Assembly (NCBI GenBank): GCA_963825135.1
Contig: CAWGRW010000009.1
Span: 864,001-928,000, forward strand
Direction: 5' to 3'
Length of the DNA: 64,000 nucleotides
Origin: an uncultured bacterium
GTDB lineage: Bacteria > Desulfobacterota_D > UBA1144 > Nemesobacterales > UBA2774
The position numbers were made by a program, and so were the translations under genes. Positions 9,985 through 18,320 of the stretch are shown here, piece after piece. Position 1 is the first letter of the stretch. Every line of letters starts with the position of its first letter. The notes below the pieces were generated by a model. The model worked only from the letters and a program-made list of their open reading frames with translations. It did no database searches and had not been told where the DNA came from.

Positions 9985-10286
9985 TTGTCAGAACCTCGCA
10001 TCAAATAATTTGTCCCGGCCGTCACTCTTTTAGAGAATTGGAGCCGCCGGATAAGCACGGTTTATGCCCGGAAGACCCTGGGGATAAACCGAATTATTAA
10101 CCTCCTACCCGAAAATTATACAGCCAATAAAATTCAAATGTGATTATGTAATTCAAAGGTATCCGGATTGGAACCGTAGCAAGAGGTAAAACTATCCGGC
10201 GGCCACCACTATAACAGCCTAAAATTCAGCAATGACCGCGGATGCTTAAGGGTCAAACTCTCAGCTGTACGATTGAAGGATAAACG

Positions 10287-10583
10287 TTATTCGCCCAAAA
10301 CGGCGTCTTTACACGCCTTGGCCACCCTGAACTTTACGACCTTCTTGGCGGGTATCTTTATTTCAGCGCCGGTGGCAGGATTCCTGCCGATCCTCGCCTT
10401 GCGCTTGGATAGCACTAACTTTCCGATTCCCGGGATCGTGAACTGTTTGCTTCTCTTTGCTTCCTTATAAGCAACGGCTGCTAACTCATCTAATATCTCG
10501 TTTGCAGTTTTCTTGGTGATCCCTGCCAGCTCGGCTATATGGTTTGATAACTGAGATTTTGTCATTGCGCCTTTCTCTGCCAT
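10287..10583 (-). CDS. HU-family DNA-binding protein
   Basis: MTKSQL, IPGIGKL, ARIGRNPATGAEIKIPAKKVVKF; GGAG RBS before ATG 10583. Confidence 0.93.
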   Translation of the reverse strand: MAEKGAMTKSQLSNHIAELAGITKKTANEILDELAAVAYKEAKRSKQFTIPGIGKLVLSKRKARIGRNPATGAEIKIPAKKVVKFRVAKACKDAVLGE

Positions 10584-10618
10584 CGCCCTCTCCTTTAAAA
10601 CTTGTTTTAGTGTCATCA

Positions 10619-10647
10619 ATACTACAGAAAAGCACAATAAAAATCAA
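10619..10647 (-). promoter_or_regulatory. Putative sigma70 promoter of the HU gene
   Basis: Minus strand TTGATT-N17-TAGTAT. Confidence 0.55.
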
Positions 10648-10894
10648 TATTTCCAAGAAAAATAGGGGTGATTCCCGCGGGGGCCTCAAAAGGCCCGGAG
10701 AGATGCTTTCCCGTCTCAATCTCTAAAGCGCTGTATTTCGGAACTTCGAGTATCCCACTGCGATCGAATATCCCGACTAAAAATCCCTGCATTCTCTGCG
10801 GGGGACGGAGAATCCGTAGAAATGAACGGCGAGTGCATATGGACACCGATTGAGCCGAGGACTCCGGGAGTGAGCCCTGTCAGCAATACTCGCC

Positions 10895-11455
10895 TCAGAG
10901 AGAACGCTTCCACCAGAAGACTATAAGAACAATCGCGACTACAATCGGTATAACTATCATCCACACGACCTGTTCGACGAACGCCGCGCCGGCAACGCAT
11001 GAGCCGAGTACTATACCCACCAGCATAAACCGCCAGTCGAAATGTACGCCCGCGAGAAAGGTCGTGAGCGCCAGGGCGAGCAGCGATATGAGAGCGAGCT
11101 GATTATAATCTATGCGGCCGGTCCGCCTGAACAAGAAATAAATAAGGAACAGGGCTGCCAGGAGCCCTATCCAGTGAAGCATCTGGACCCGGATGATCCT
11201 CGACATCCCCTCCCCCCTTTGCCTCGCCTTCGACCAGCCCATGTAGATGCTCACGGCCCCGAAAACAGGCGCCATCGCGGCCCAGTACCAGAAGCTCCCG
11301 GCCGGCTTAAAGTTTGTCACGCCTATACCTATGGCCGATAGAGCCATGAGTGTAATGAGTATCGCCTCTTCGGTGTGTATCTTCTTGGCAAAGCTCTTCT
11401 CTCCGGAAGCGGTATCCGGACCGGGCACCGAACCATACGGTTTATCATCGCTCAT
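10895..11455 (-). CDS. Hypothetical multi-pass membrane protein
   Basis: 186 aa, about 6 hydrophobic segments; AAGGAGG RBS. Confidence 0.8.
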   Translation of the reverse strand: MSDDKPYGSVPGPDTASGEKSFAKKIHTEEAILITLMALSAIGIGVTNFKPAGSFWYWAAMAPVFGAVSIYMGWSKARQRGEGMSRIIRVQMLHWIGLLAALFLIYFLFRRTGRIDYNQLALISLLALALTTFLAGVHFDWRFMLVGIVLGSCVAGAAFVEQVVWMIVIPIVVAIVLIVFWWKRSL

Positions 11456-11725
11456 TGCTCAGCCCTCCTTATCCATTATATCACCCGTCGTACCGGCAGA
11501 CAAAGCCGCGGGCGGATTAGCATCGAACGGGCCTACGCGGAAACAATGACCCTTACGGGCATGAGGGAGCCGGCAATCCGGCATGGTTTGACAGAGGCGG
11601 GGGCATATAGAGCCGCATCAGAGTCTGCGGTATTCAGGACGGAATCGGTCGGGTTTCGCGCCTCTCGTTGTCGAAACAGGCGGGGCTTTATCATTCCTCA
11701 CCGGGAGAGAGCGTGAAGAGTGGGG

Positions 11726-11872
11726 TCAGAAAGCCGGGTTTATAAAGTTGTAATAGATGCCGCCTACGGCCAGGAGCGCGGTCGCCAGGAGCAGCGCGAA
11801 AGCGAGAACGGCAAAAACCGCGTCATAAGAATTCCCCGTGCCTTCCCTTCCGGTATTACCATTTTGAGCCAT
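11726..11872 (-). CDS. Small 48-aa membrane protein (absent from the ORF track)
   Basis: GGAGG 8 nt before ATG; MAQNGNTGREGTGNSYDAVFAVLAFALLLATALLAVGGIYYNFINPAF, one C-terminal TM. Confidence 0.6.
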   Translation of the reverse strand: MAQNGNTGREGTGNSYDAVFAVLAFALLLATALLAVGGIYYNFINPAF

Positions 11873-12003
11873 GAATATTACCTCCCGCGAGATGTACGGA
11901 ATAAATATATTATGCCCTTCGAAATTTATGTCAAGAATTCAGAGTAGGGTAATATATCAATGAATCGCGCCTTCACCGGCTGCCGGGCACATACGGGGAA
12001 TGG

Positions 12004-13188
12004 ATGAAAAGAATAATCTTATATACGGGTAAGGGAGGCGTCGGGAAAACAACCGCTGCCGCGGCCACCGCGCTTCTATCTGCAAAGAGGGGGCATAAAA
12101 CACTGGTCATCTCGACCGACCCCGCGCACAGCCTCAGAGACTCCTTCGATATCGACATCGGACCGGAACCGAAAAAAATCATGAAAAACCTGTACGCCCA
12201 GGAAATCGATGTCTTCTATTCCGTCGATAAATACTGGAGCAAGTTAACGGGCTATATACAATCCCTTTTCAACTGGATGAAGGTGGACGACGTCCTGGCC
12301 GAGGAATTCAGCATCTTTCCGGGCATGGAAGAGGTTTCGTGTTTTTTATGGGTCTATAGCCACTTTAAAGAAGGGGATTACGATGTGATCATCGTGGACA
12401 GCGCCCCAACGGGAGAGACCCTGAGACTCCTCTCTCTCCCGGACGTGGCTAGGTGGTGGATAGTCAAGGTCTTTCCGATAGAGAGGAAGCTTCTAAAGGT
12501 GATAAGGCCCGCGGTAAAAGTCGTATCCGACATGCCGCTTCCCGAAGAAGAAACTTATTCCGCAATCGAAGACCTGTTCGAGAAACTGAATTCGATACAC
12601 AAGACGTTCTCGAACCCGGAGATTACGTCGATCAGGCTCGTGCTCAATCTCGAAAAGATGGTCATAAAGGAAACACAAAGGGCCTATACGTACCTGAACC
12701 TCTACGGCTACAACGTGGATACAGTCATAGTGAATAGGGCGATGCCGAAAGAGCTCGATCACCCTTATTTTAGGGAATGGAAGGTGTTCCAGGAAAATTA
12801 CAGGAAGGAAGTCAGGGAGCTTTTCAGCTCGATCCCGATACACGAGGCGCCATTATTCGCAAGGGAGATACTCGGAATTGACGCCCTGTTTAATTTCGGC
12901 GACATGCTCTTCTCCAACAAAGATCCCGTGGATATATTCTACAAGGGGAAACCTTACGAGGTGGTTAAAGAAAAGGGCGTATACAACCTCTTACTAAAAC
13001 TCCCTTTCGTCGGCAAGGAGGAAGTCAAGCTCCACCAGGTGGGCGAGGAGCTCACCGTACAGATCGAGAACCAGAGGAGGAACATCTTCCTTCCAAGCTT
13101 TCTCGCCAAGCTGAACGTGGAGAAGGCAAATCTCGAAGGAGGCATATTGAAGATAAGCTTCGAGAAAAGCGGCAGGCAGAAAAAATAA
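12004..13188 (+). CDS. ArsA/Get3-family ATPase with C-terminal alpha-crystallin (HSP20-like) domain
   Basis: GKGGVGKTT, STDPAHSL, DSAPTGETLRLL; single ATPase domain; C-terminal LKLPFV...ELTVQIENQRRNIFLP...ANLEGGILKISF. Confidence 0.9.
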   Translation: MKRIILYTGKGGVGKTTAAAATALLSAKRGHKTLVISTDPAHSLRDSFDIDIGPEPKKIMKNLYAQEIDVFYSVDKYWSKLTGYIQSLFNWMKVDDVLAEEFSIFPGMEEVSCFLWVYSHFKEGDYDVIIVDSAPTGETLRLLSLPDVARWWIVKVFPIERKLLKVIRPAVKVVSDMPLPEEETYSAIEDLFEKLNSIHKTFSNPEITSIRLVLNLEKMVIKETQRAYTYLNLYGYNVDTVIVNRAMPKELDHPYFREWKVFQENYRKEVRELFSSIPIHEAPLFAREILGIDALFNFGDMLFSNKDPVDIFYKGKPYEVVKEKGVYNLLLKLPFVGKEEVKLHQVGEELTVQIENQRRNIFLPSFLAKLNVEKANLEGGILKISFEKSGRQKK

Positions 13189-13269
13189 GCGCACATTACG
13201 GGGCATTCCCCAAAACACCCATTTGGACTATAATTATCTTCAATGACACGCTCTGAATACAAAACGGGT

Positions 13270-13323
13270 TTAACGGTAAATTAACGTGAAATTCAACACT
13301 GCTTAACACATCGTAATTATTAT
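13270..13323 (+). promoter_or_regulatory. Pho-box-like array 1 plus -10
   Basis: TTAAC 13270, TTAAC 13281, TTCAA 13292, TTAAC 13303 (11-bp period); TATTAT at 13318. Confidence 0.7.
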
Positions 13324-13330
13324 ATTAATC

Positions 13331-14065
13331 ATGGGAATACAGCTGAGCGATATAACCATTGTCCTTCCAACGAGAAACGAGTCCCGCAACATACGCAATT
13401 TTTTAAACTCAATACCTTACAATGTCAACCTTGTAGTTGTGGATGCGAGCGAGGATGCGACGGCGGATATTGTTTCCTCCGTCCGTCCCGATTATACTAA
13501 AGTAATCAGGCATCCCGGAACAGTCACAGAAGCGCGGCGGATAGGCGCAGACGTTGCAACTACGTCGTGGCTGCTGTTTACAGACGCGGATATAGTGTTT
13601 TCTCGCGAATACTTCAGGAACATCGAGAACCTCGAAGAATACGACCTGATATACGGACCCAAGCTTTCCCTCGACCGTTTCCGCGCCTATTATCAATGGT
13701 TCGCATACGGGCAGCGTCTCATACACGCGCTTGGCGTGCCCGCCGCCTCGGGTTCAAATTGCATCATCGGGAAGGGGGTGTATGAGAGATCCGGGGGGTT
13801 CGACACCGGGCTCACATGCAATGAGGATTCCGAGCTTGCCTGGCGGATAGGCCGCATGGGATATAAGTCTTATTTTACCTTCGATCTGGTTGTATACGCC
13901 GGAGACCACAGACGGCTTGAGAGGGGCATCATAAGAAAGACGCTCCACTCGATTACGAGATGCACGGCTTTATATTTCAACCTGATCCCCGACGAGTGGA
14001 AGAGCAGCGACTGGGGCTATTGGTCACACATGGATACGAACCGGGAATTACGAAATGGAAACTGA
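13331..14065 (+). CDS. Family 2 glycosyltransferase
   Basis: IVLPTRNE, VVVDAS, LLFTDAD (DxD), GGFD...EDSEL. Confidence 0.9.
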   Translation: MGIQLSDITIVLPTRNESRNIRNFLNSIPYNVNLVVVDASEDATADIVSSVRPDYTKVIRHPGTVTEARRIGADVATTSWLLFTDADIVFSREYFRNIENLEEYDLIYGPKLSLDRFRAYYQWFAYGQRLIHALGVPAASGSNCIIGKGVYERSGGFDTGLTCNEDSELAWRIGRMGYKSYFTFDLVVYAGDHRRLERGIIRKTLHSITRCTALYFNLIPDEWKSSDWGYWSHMDTNRELRNGN

Positions 14066-14693
14066 AAAAAAACTTTACCAGCAGACCTCGGACCCGATTA
14101 TTATTCCGCTTGACTGGCGTGACAAGTCGGCGCGTATAATCTCGAATCTATTTAGTCCTCCCCTGATAGCTCTTGCATGTATAGTCGTAACCGCACTGGC
14201 TACCAAGAGCGAATCCTCTCTTTTCTGGATACTGATATTTATCGCCCTGCTGATTATCCCCCCTACAGTGTTCGTGCTTACGCTCGTGCACAGGGGAAAG
14301 GTAAGCGATTTCCACATGAACATAAGGGAGGAACGTGCGCACCCGTTGTTCATCATACTGTCCTATGCCGCACTGGTTTTCTTCGTAATGTATATAGGAG
14401 GAGCGCCGAGACTCATGCTTATCGTTACCGCCGTGGCCCTCTTTCAAATACTTCTCGTATTCATCATAACGCTCAAATGGAAAATAAGCGGTCACTGCAC
14501 CTCTGCTGCCGGGCTCGCCTTCCTGACGGTAGCGCTGTACGGAGAAAGCGTTCTTCCCCTCACGCTCATAGTGCCGATAATTGCCTGGTCCCGCATCCGT
14601 CTCGGCAGGCATACGATTTCACAGACGCTTGCCGGCAGTTTCCTCGGAGCGGCTACCGTATTAATCGTTCTATACCTGACAAACGTGCTTTGA
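14055..14693 (+). CDS. PAP2-like integral membrane phosphoesterase
   Basis: Multi-TM; KISGH (C2) and SRIRLGRHTISQ (C3) motifs; overlaps the GT2 stop. Confidence 0.75.
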   Translation: METEKKLYQQTSDPIIIPLDWRDKSARIISNLFSPPLIALACIVVTALATKSESSLFWILIFIALLIIPPTVFVLTLVHRGKVSDFHMNIREERAHPLFIILSYAALVFFVMYIGGAPRLMLIVTAVALFQILLVFIITLKWKISGHCTSAAGLAFLTVALYGESVLPLTLIVPIIAWSRIRLGRHTISQTLAGSFLGAATVLIVLYLTNVL

Positions 14694-14736
14694 GTCCGGC
14701 AGCGGTTTCAAACGAATTATGGGGACTGGAAATAGA

Positions 14737-15723
14737 ATGAAAATCATGCTCGTCACGGATGCTTGGCATCCACAGGTAAACGGCGTCGTACATACATGGA
14801 GCTATATAACGAACATTATCGGTAGCGACCACGATGTGACCGTCCTGAATCCATATGTGGAAGGTGCCGAGCACCTGCCTCTCAAGCTGCAGGGAAACAT
14901 CCCCATCTTGAAAAACGCGAATCAAATCGTCAGCAGGTATTATGACGAGCACCTGCCCGACAGAGTGCATATCGCAACCGAGGGGAGCCTGGGCTTTGCT
15001 ATGAGGCAGTTCTGCAGGAAAAACAAAATCAATTACAATACGTCTTATCATACGAGGCTTGCGGACTACGGACGGGTACTTTACGGAGTGCCGACGTTTC
15101 TCACCTGGTTATACGTGAGGTGGTTCCACAAATGCAGCAGAAAAGTCCTCGTTACAACCAAAAGCATAGCCAGGCAGCTCGGTCTCAGTAACTGCATAGT
15201 CTGGGGGCGCGGGGTGGATACCCGGCTCTTCAACCCGGGAGACGGAAGAAAGACCACGGGCGAAAAAACGATCATCACCGTGGCGAGGGTGAGCAAGGAT
15301 AAGAACCTCGACGACTTCTGCAGGGTGCCCGGATACAGGAAAATTGTGGTCGGCGACGGACCATACCTGAACACCCTGAAAACCAAGTACCCTGATGTCG
15401 AATTCGCCGGGTACATTCCCCACAACCGATTGAAGGACATATATACAGAGGCGCAGGTATTCGTATTCCCGAGCAAGTTCGACACATTCGGACTCGTAAT
15501 ACTCGAGGCGATGGCCTGCGGGCTTCCCGTTGTCGGGTACAACGTCCCGAGCCCGAAAGATATTATCCAGGACGGCGTCACGGGATACCTGGGAGACGGT
15601 CTCGAAGAGAACGTCGAAAGGGCCTTTGGTAATCTGGACGACTTATCGCGCAACGCGATCGAATACGCCCGCAAACAGAGCTGGACATCGATTGCCGACC
15701 AATTCATAAATCATCTCATGTGA
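14737..15723 (+). CDS. Family 4 glycosyltransferase (diacylglycerol glycosyltransferase Agt-like)
   Basis: TDAWHPQVNGV, HIATEGSLG, TSYHT, WGRGVD, FVFPSKFDTFGLVILEAMACGLPV. Confidence 0.88.
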   Translation: MKIMLVTDAWHPQVNGVVHTWSYITNIIGSDHDVTVLNPYVEGAEHLPLKLQGNIPILKNANQIVSRYYDEHLPDRVHIATEGSLGFAMRQFCRKNKINYNTSYHTRLADYGRVLYGVPTFLTWLYVRWFHKCSRKVLVTTKSIARQLGLSNCIVWGRGVDTRLFNPGDGRKTTGEKTIITVARVSKDKNLDDFCRVPGYRKIVVGDGPYLNTLKTKYPDVEFAGYIPHNRLKDIYTEAQVFVFPSKFDTFGLVILEAMACGLPVVGYNVPSPKDIIQDGVTGYLGDGLEENVERAFGNLDDLSRNAIEYARKQSWTSIADQFINHLM

Positions 15724-15796
15724 CCTCAATTAATTTTCTCCACGGCCCGCCGCCGGATCAATCCCCGGCAGAAACAAGGTTATATTGAAAAGCGGG

Positions 15797-15850
15797 TTCA
15801 CTGCCTCTTAACCGGCAAATAAAGATATCTTAATAATAGGGCACTAGAAT
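15797..15850 (+). promoter_or_regulatory. Pho-box-like array 2 plus -10, with no ORF downstream
   Basis: TTCAC 15797, TTAAC 15808, ATAAA 15819, TTAAT 15830; TAGAAT at 15845. Confidence 0.6.
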
Positions 15851-15856
15851 GTTTTT

Positions 15857-15941
15857 ATCTGCTATTTGATTGCCCGCCTCTCTCACCGGGCACTCTAAAA
15901 GCTCAGGGCGAGTCCCGGCCCGCGGGAACTCGCCCTTTTTT
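15857..15941 (+). ncRNA. Candidate small RNA (5' end inferred)
   Basis: Lies between the array-2 promoter and a terminator; hairpin TGCCCG-CCTCTCTCAC-CGGGCA at 15871-15892; no credible ORF. Confidence 0.45.
15905..15941 (+). terminator. Rho-independent terminator
   Basis: AGGGCGAGTCCCG / CGGG(A)ACTCGCCCT stem running into a T6 tract. Confidence 0.85.
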
Positions 15942-16012
15942 CTGCGAGTCGACCAATTACGTTACGATCTATTTGTAATACGGCGTTAATACGAGATTAG
16001 GGGCCATACGTC

Positions 16013-16055
16013 TTAACACAGTCTTCACACAACCTTAACAATTATAATATAGTCT
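16013..16055 (+). promoter_or_regulatory. Pho-box-like array 3 plus -10
   Basis: TTAACA 16013, TTCACA 16024, TTAACA 16035; TATAAT 16043 and TAGTCT 16050; extra pair GTAATAC 15975 / TTAATAC 15986. Confidence 0.7.
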
Positions 16056-16084
16056 CAAGCTTACCAGCATGTGGGAGGGGTAAA

Positions 16085-16669
16085 ATGGAAATTGATAATC
16101 TCGACAGATCGCTCATCGAAAGTAAATTCGAAAAGCTCATATCAAAATCAAAAAAATACATCAATACCAGAGACGAAGGCGAGTTGATCTCCCTCAGGAA
16201 CGACCTCATTCACCTCAAGTTAAAGCTCGAGAGCGCACTCGAAGAAAACAGGGTAAAACACAATGCAAATACTGTTGTTGCCCTTAAGCTGACGCTCTCC
16301 ATCATCCAGAAGTTCACCTACTCCGTTCATTTGCTTGAGAATCTTAAATCGAAAAAGCCCATGTGTACCGACTTCGATACCAAACAGATGCTCGACACAC
16401 TCCTTCCCCATATCAAGATACTTGTAGAGCACGAAAATTGGTATGAAATGCTCGATTCGAAGAGATTGGAAGAGGACTGTTCTTTTATAGAATCACTGGA
16501 GGACCAGCACAAGAGAATCATACTCACATACCTGGTGCAGGACTGGCACAATATGGACGAAGTAATAAACATGTTGAAAATAGGGGAATTATATAAAAGC
16601 ATAGCGGAGAAGCTTGTCGGTCTTTCACTTGTATCAAGTTACATTACCAAGAAGAAGAAAACGTCTTAG
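16085..16669 (+). CDS. Helical protein, degenerate PhoU-like
   Basis: GGAGG RBS; C-terminal IILTYLVQDWHNMDEVINMLKIGELYKSIAEKL resembles the PhoU pattern LLTYMMEDPRNI...LERIADH. Confidence 0.55.
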   Translation: MEIDNLDRSLIESKFEKLISKSKKYINTRDEGELISLRNDLIHLKLKLESALEENRVKHNANTVVALKLTLSIIQKFTYSVHLLENLKSKKPMCTDFDTKQMLDTLLPHIKILVEHENWYEMLDSKRLEEDCSFIESLEDQHKRIILTYLVQDWHNMDEVINMLKIGELYKSIAEKLVGLSLVSSYITKKKKTS

Positions 16670-16735
16670 CCATCCCGCCTCAGAGTAAAATCCAAATGCC
16701 GGGCTCGAATAATCCGCCGGCACTGGAAACACCGA

Positions 16736-17794
16736 TCAGTCCCTAGACCCTGCCGCGTCTTTAGTGAATTCCCGCGGCGGGAAGTAATCGTCGCTCAAGG
16801 CGTCGGCTTTGGGTGTGCAATCGAGGATCCTCTCGACGATTGAAGGAAGATTGTTCTTGTAATTCGCATTATAAACGAAGCTCGAATCGATCCAGTCCTC
16901 GAGACTCTTCTCAAAACCCGGACCCACGTTCCTTATAACCGGTATGCCCAGCCTCTCAAGGGCCTCGGCGTTACACTGCTGCTCGTACTGCCTCCTCATA
17001 GGGACGACCATGAGCTTTTTACCGAGGTAGAGCGTTTCAGCCGGGGTTTCAAACCCGGCGTTGCATAATATTCCCTCGCACTCCGAAAGACTCCTGACGA
17101 ACTCATCGTTCTTCACAGGGTAAACGGTTACGTTGGAGTCTCTATAAGGCTCCCCCTTATGATGCTTTGAAAACACCTCCCACTTAACGTCTATCTTTCT
17201 CAAGAGCCCGGACAAGAAGCTGTAATCATAGGAAGGCAGATAGACCGTATAATGGCCCTTGTTCTTAACGTCGGAGTTCCTTATTTCCTCTCTTATTATA
17301 GGAGTGAAAATAAAATCGTCGTATTCCTGGAAATGTAGTCCTATATAATTCGGCGAGGGCGAAAACCATTTGATTATTAATTCCTGGGCGCGGTTTTTTC
17401 GCTTCGGTCTCGGAATATGAGGTGACAGAAAAGAGGCCTGGTGAGAAAGAGAAACGGACGGAGCGCCCTTCAGTTTAGCCGACCAGGCCGTGACCGGCTC
17501 GAAATCGCTCAATACCAGATCGTATTTCTCAACGGGTATCTTATAAATATCGGAGATTAATTTATAGGGGCTGAAGTACTTAAAGGAATTCCAGTAGTCG
17601 ATGCCTCCCCGTTTGCCGAACGTGAATCCGAGACCGGGAAGTTCGTATTTAACCTCAAAACCGAGATGCACCTCGTGGTGGTGGCCGCTCACAAGCACGT
17701 CCACATCCGCGCGTTTAAGAAGGTACTTGAGTAGCTCCCTGCATCGGGAGATATGCCCGTTTCCAGTACCCTGTATTCCGAATAATACTTTCAT
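16736..17794 (-). CDS. MJ1255/VC2487-family glycosyltransferase
   Basis: MKVLFGIQGTGNGHISR, DLVLSDFEP, VYLP, NAGFETPAE, QYEQQCNA. Confidence 0.88.
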   Translation of the reverse strand: MKVLFGIQGTGNGHISRCRELLKYLLKRADVDVLVSGHHHEVHLGFEVKYELPGLGFTFGKRGGIDYWNSFKYFSPYKLISDIYKIPVEKYDLVLSDFEPVTAWSAKLKGAPSVSLSHQASFLSPHIPRPKRKNRAQELIIKWFSPSPNYIGLHFQEYDDFIFTPIIREEIRNSDVKNKGHYTVYLPSYDYSFLSGLLRKIDVKWEVFSKHHKGEPYRDSNVTVYPVKNDEFVRSLSECEGILCNAGFETPAETLYLGKKLMVVPMRRQYEQQCNAEALERLGIPVIRNVGPGFEKSLEDWIDSSFVYNANYKNNLPSIVERILDCTPKADALSDDYFPPREFTKDAAGSRD

Positions 17795-18093
17795 GCCAGA
17801 TTCAGTTAAGAAAAACCCGCTCCGCCGGACGCTGAGATCAAAAGGAGCCGTACAACGACATCAGTCTTCGCATGCTGTAGTTATATTCTATAAATCCGGC
17901 CAGTTAAGCGCTCATGCGCTAACCCTACGCATCGTAGGGCTTTGCTGCCAACGCGAGAATACAGTTAGCCAAAATTCAAGTATATTACATAGGAAGAGTT
18001 ATTCCAAGCTCCCGGGTTGTGACCGCCCGGCACGCTTATCATTCCCCGGACGCAGTAAGCGGCTCCGCAAGGAACGGAATTAACGATACGGGT

Positions 18094-18136
18094 ATTGTAT
18101 TTCTCCCACATTAAGGGAATATTAAAAACGTATTAA
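18094..18136 (-). promoter_or_regulatory. Pho-box-like array 4 plus -10 (minus strand)
   Basis: Minus-strand TTAAT starting at 18136, 18125 and 18114; TACAAT at 18099-18094. Confidence 0.6.
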
Positions 18137-18229
18137 AATGAATCTATAAACCCGGAATGTTCATCGACCCCGATTCTCCGTGATATCTGGACTTTGTGTC
18201 CGCTTCTTTGATATAATTGATGTATTTCA

Positions 18230-18302
18230 TAAACGTAGAATTAATAGGCGCTTAATACGGATTAAATATCAAGATGTTATTTAACACTTAATACCTTAAC
18301 AC
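18230..18302 (+). promoter_or_regulatory. Pho-box-like array 5 upstream of olsB
   Basis: TAAAC 18230, TTAAT 18241, TTAAT 18252, TAAAT 18263; further TTAACAC/TTAATAC at 18281, 18288, 18296. Confidence 0.55.
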
Positions 18303-18320
18303 TTCAGTGCGGAGATACGC

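Noticed and set aside
10650..10894. Possible ncRNA (several hairpins, GGCGAGT/ACTCGCC stem at 10828-10894)
   Set aside because: No SRP, 6S, tmRNA or riboswitch signature; the stems are short and explainable as 3' UTR structure
12004..13188. Arsenite resistance ArsA
   Set aside because: Single ATPase domain, only one Cys, HSP20-like tail and no ars genes nearby
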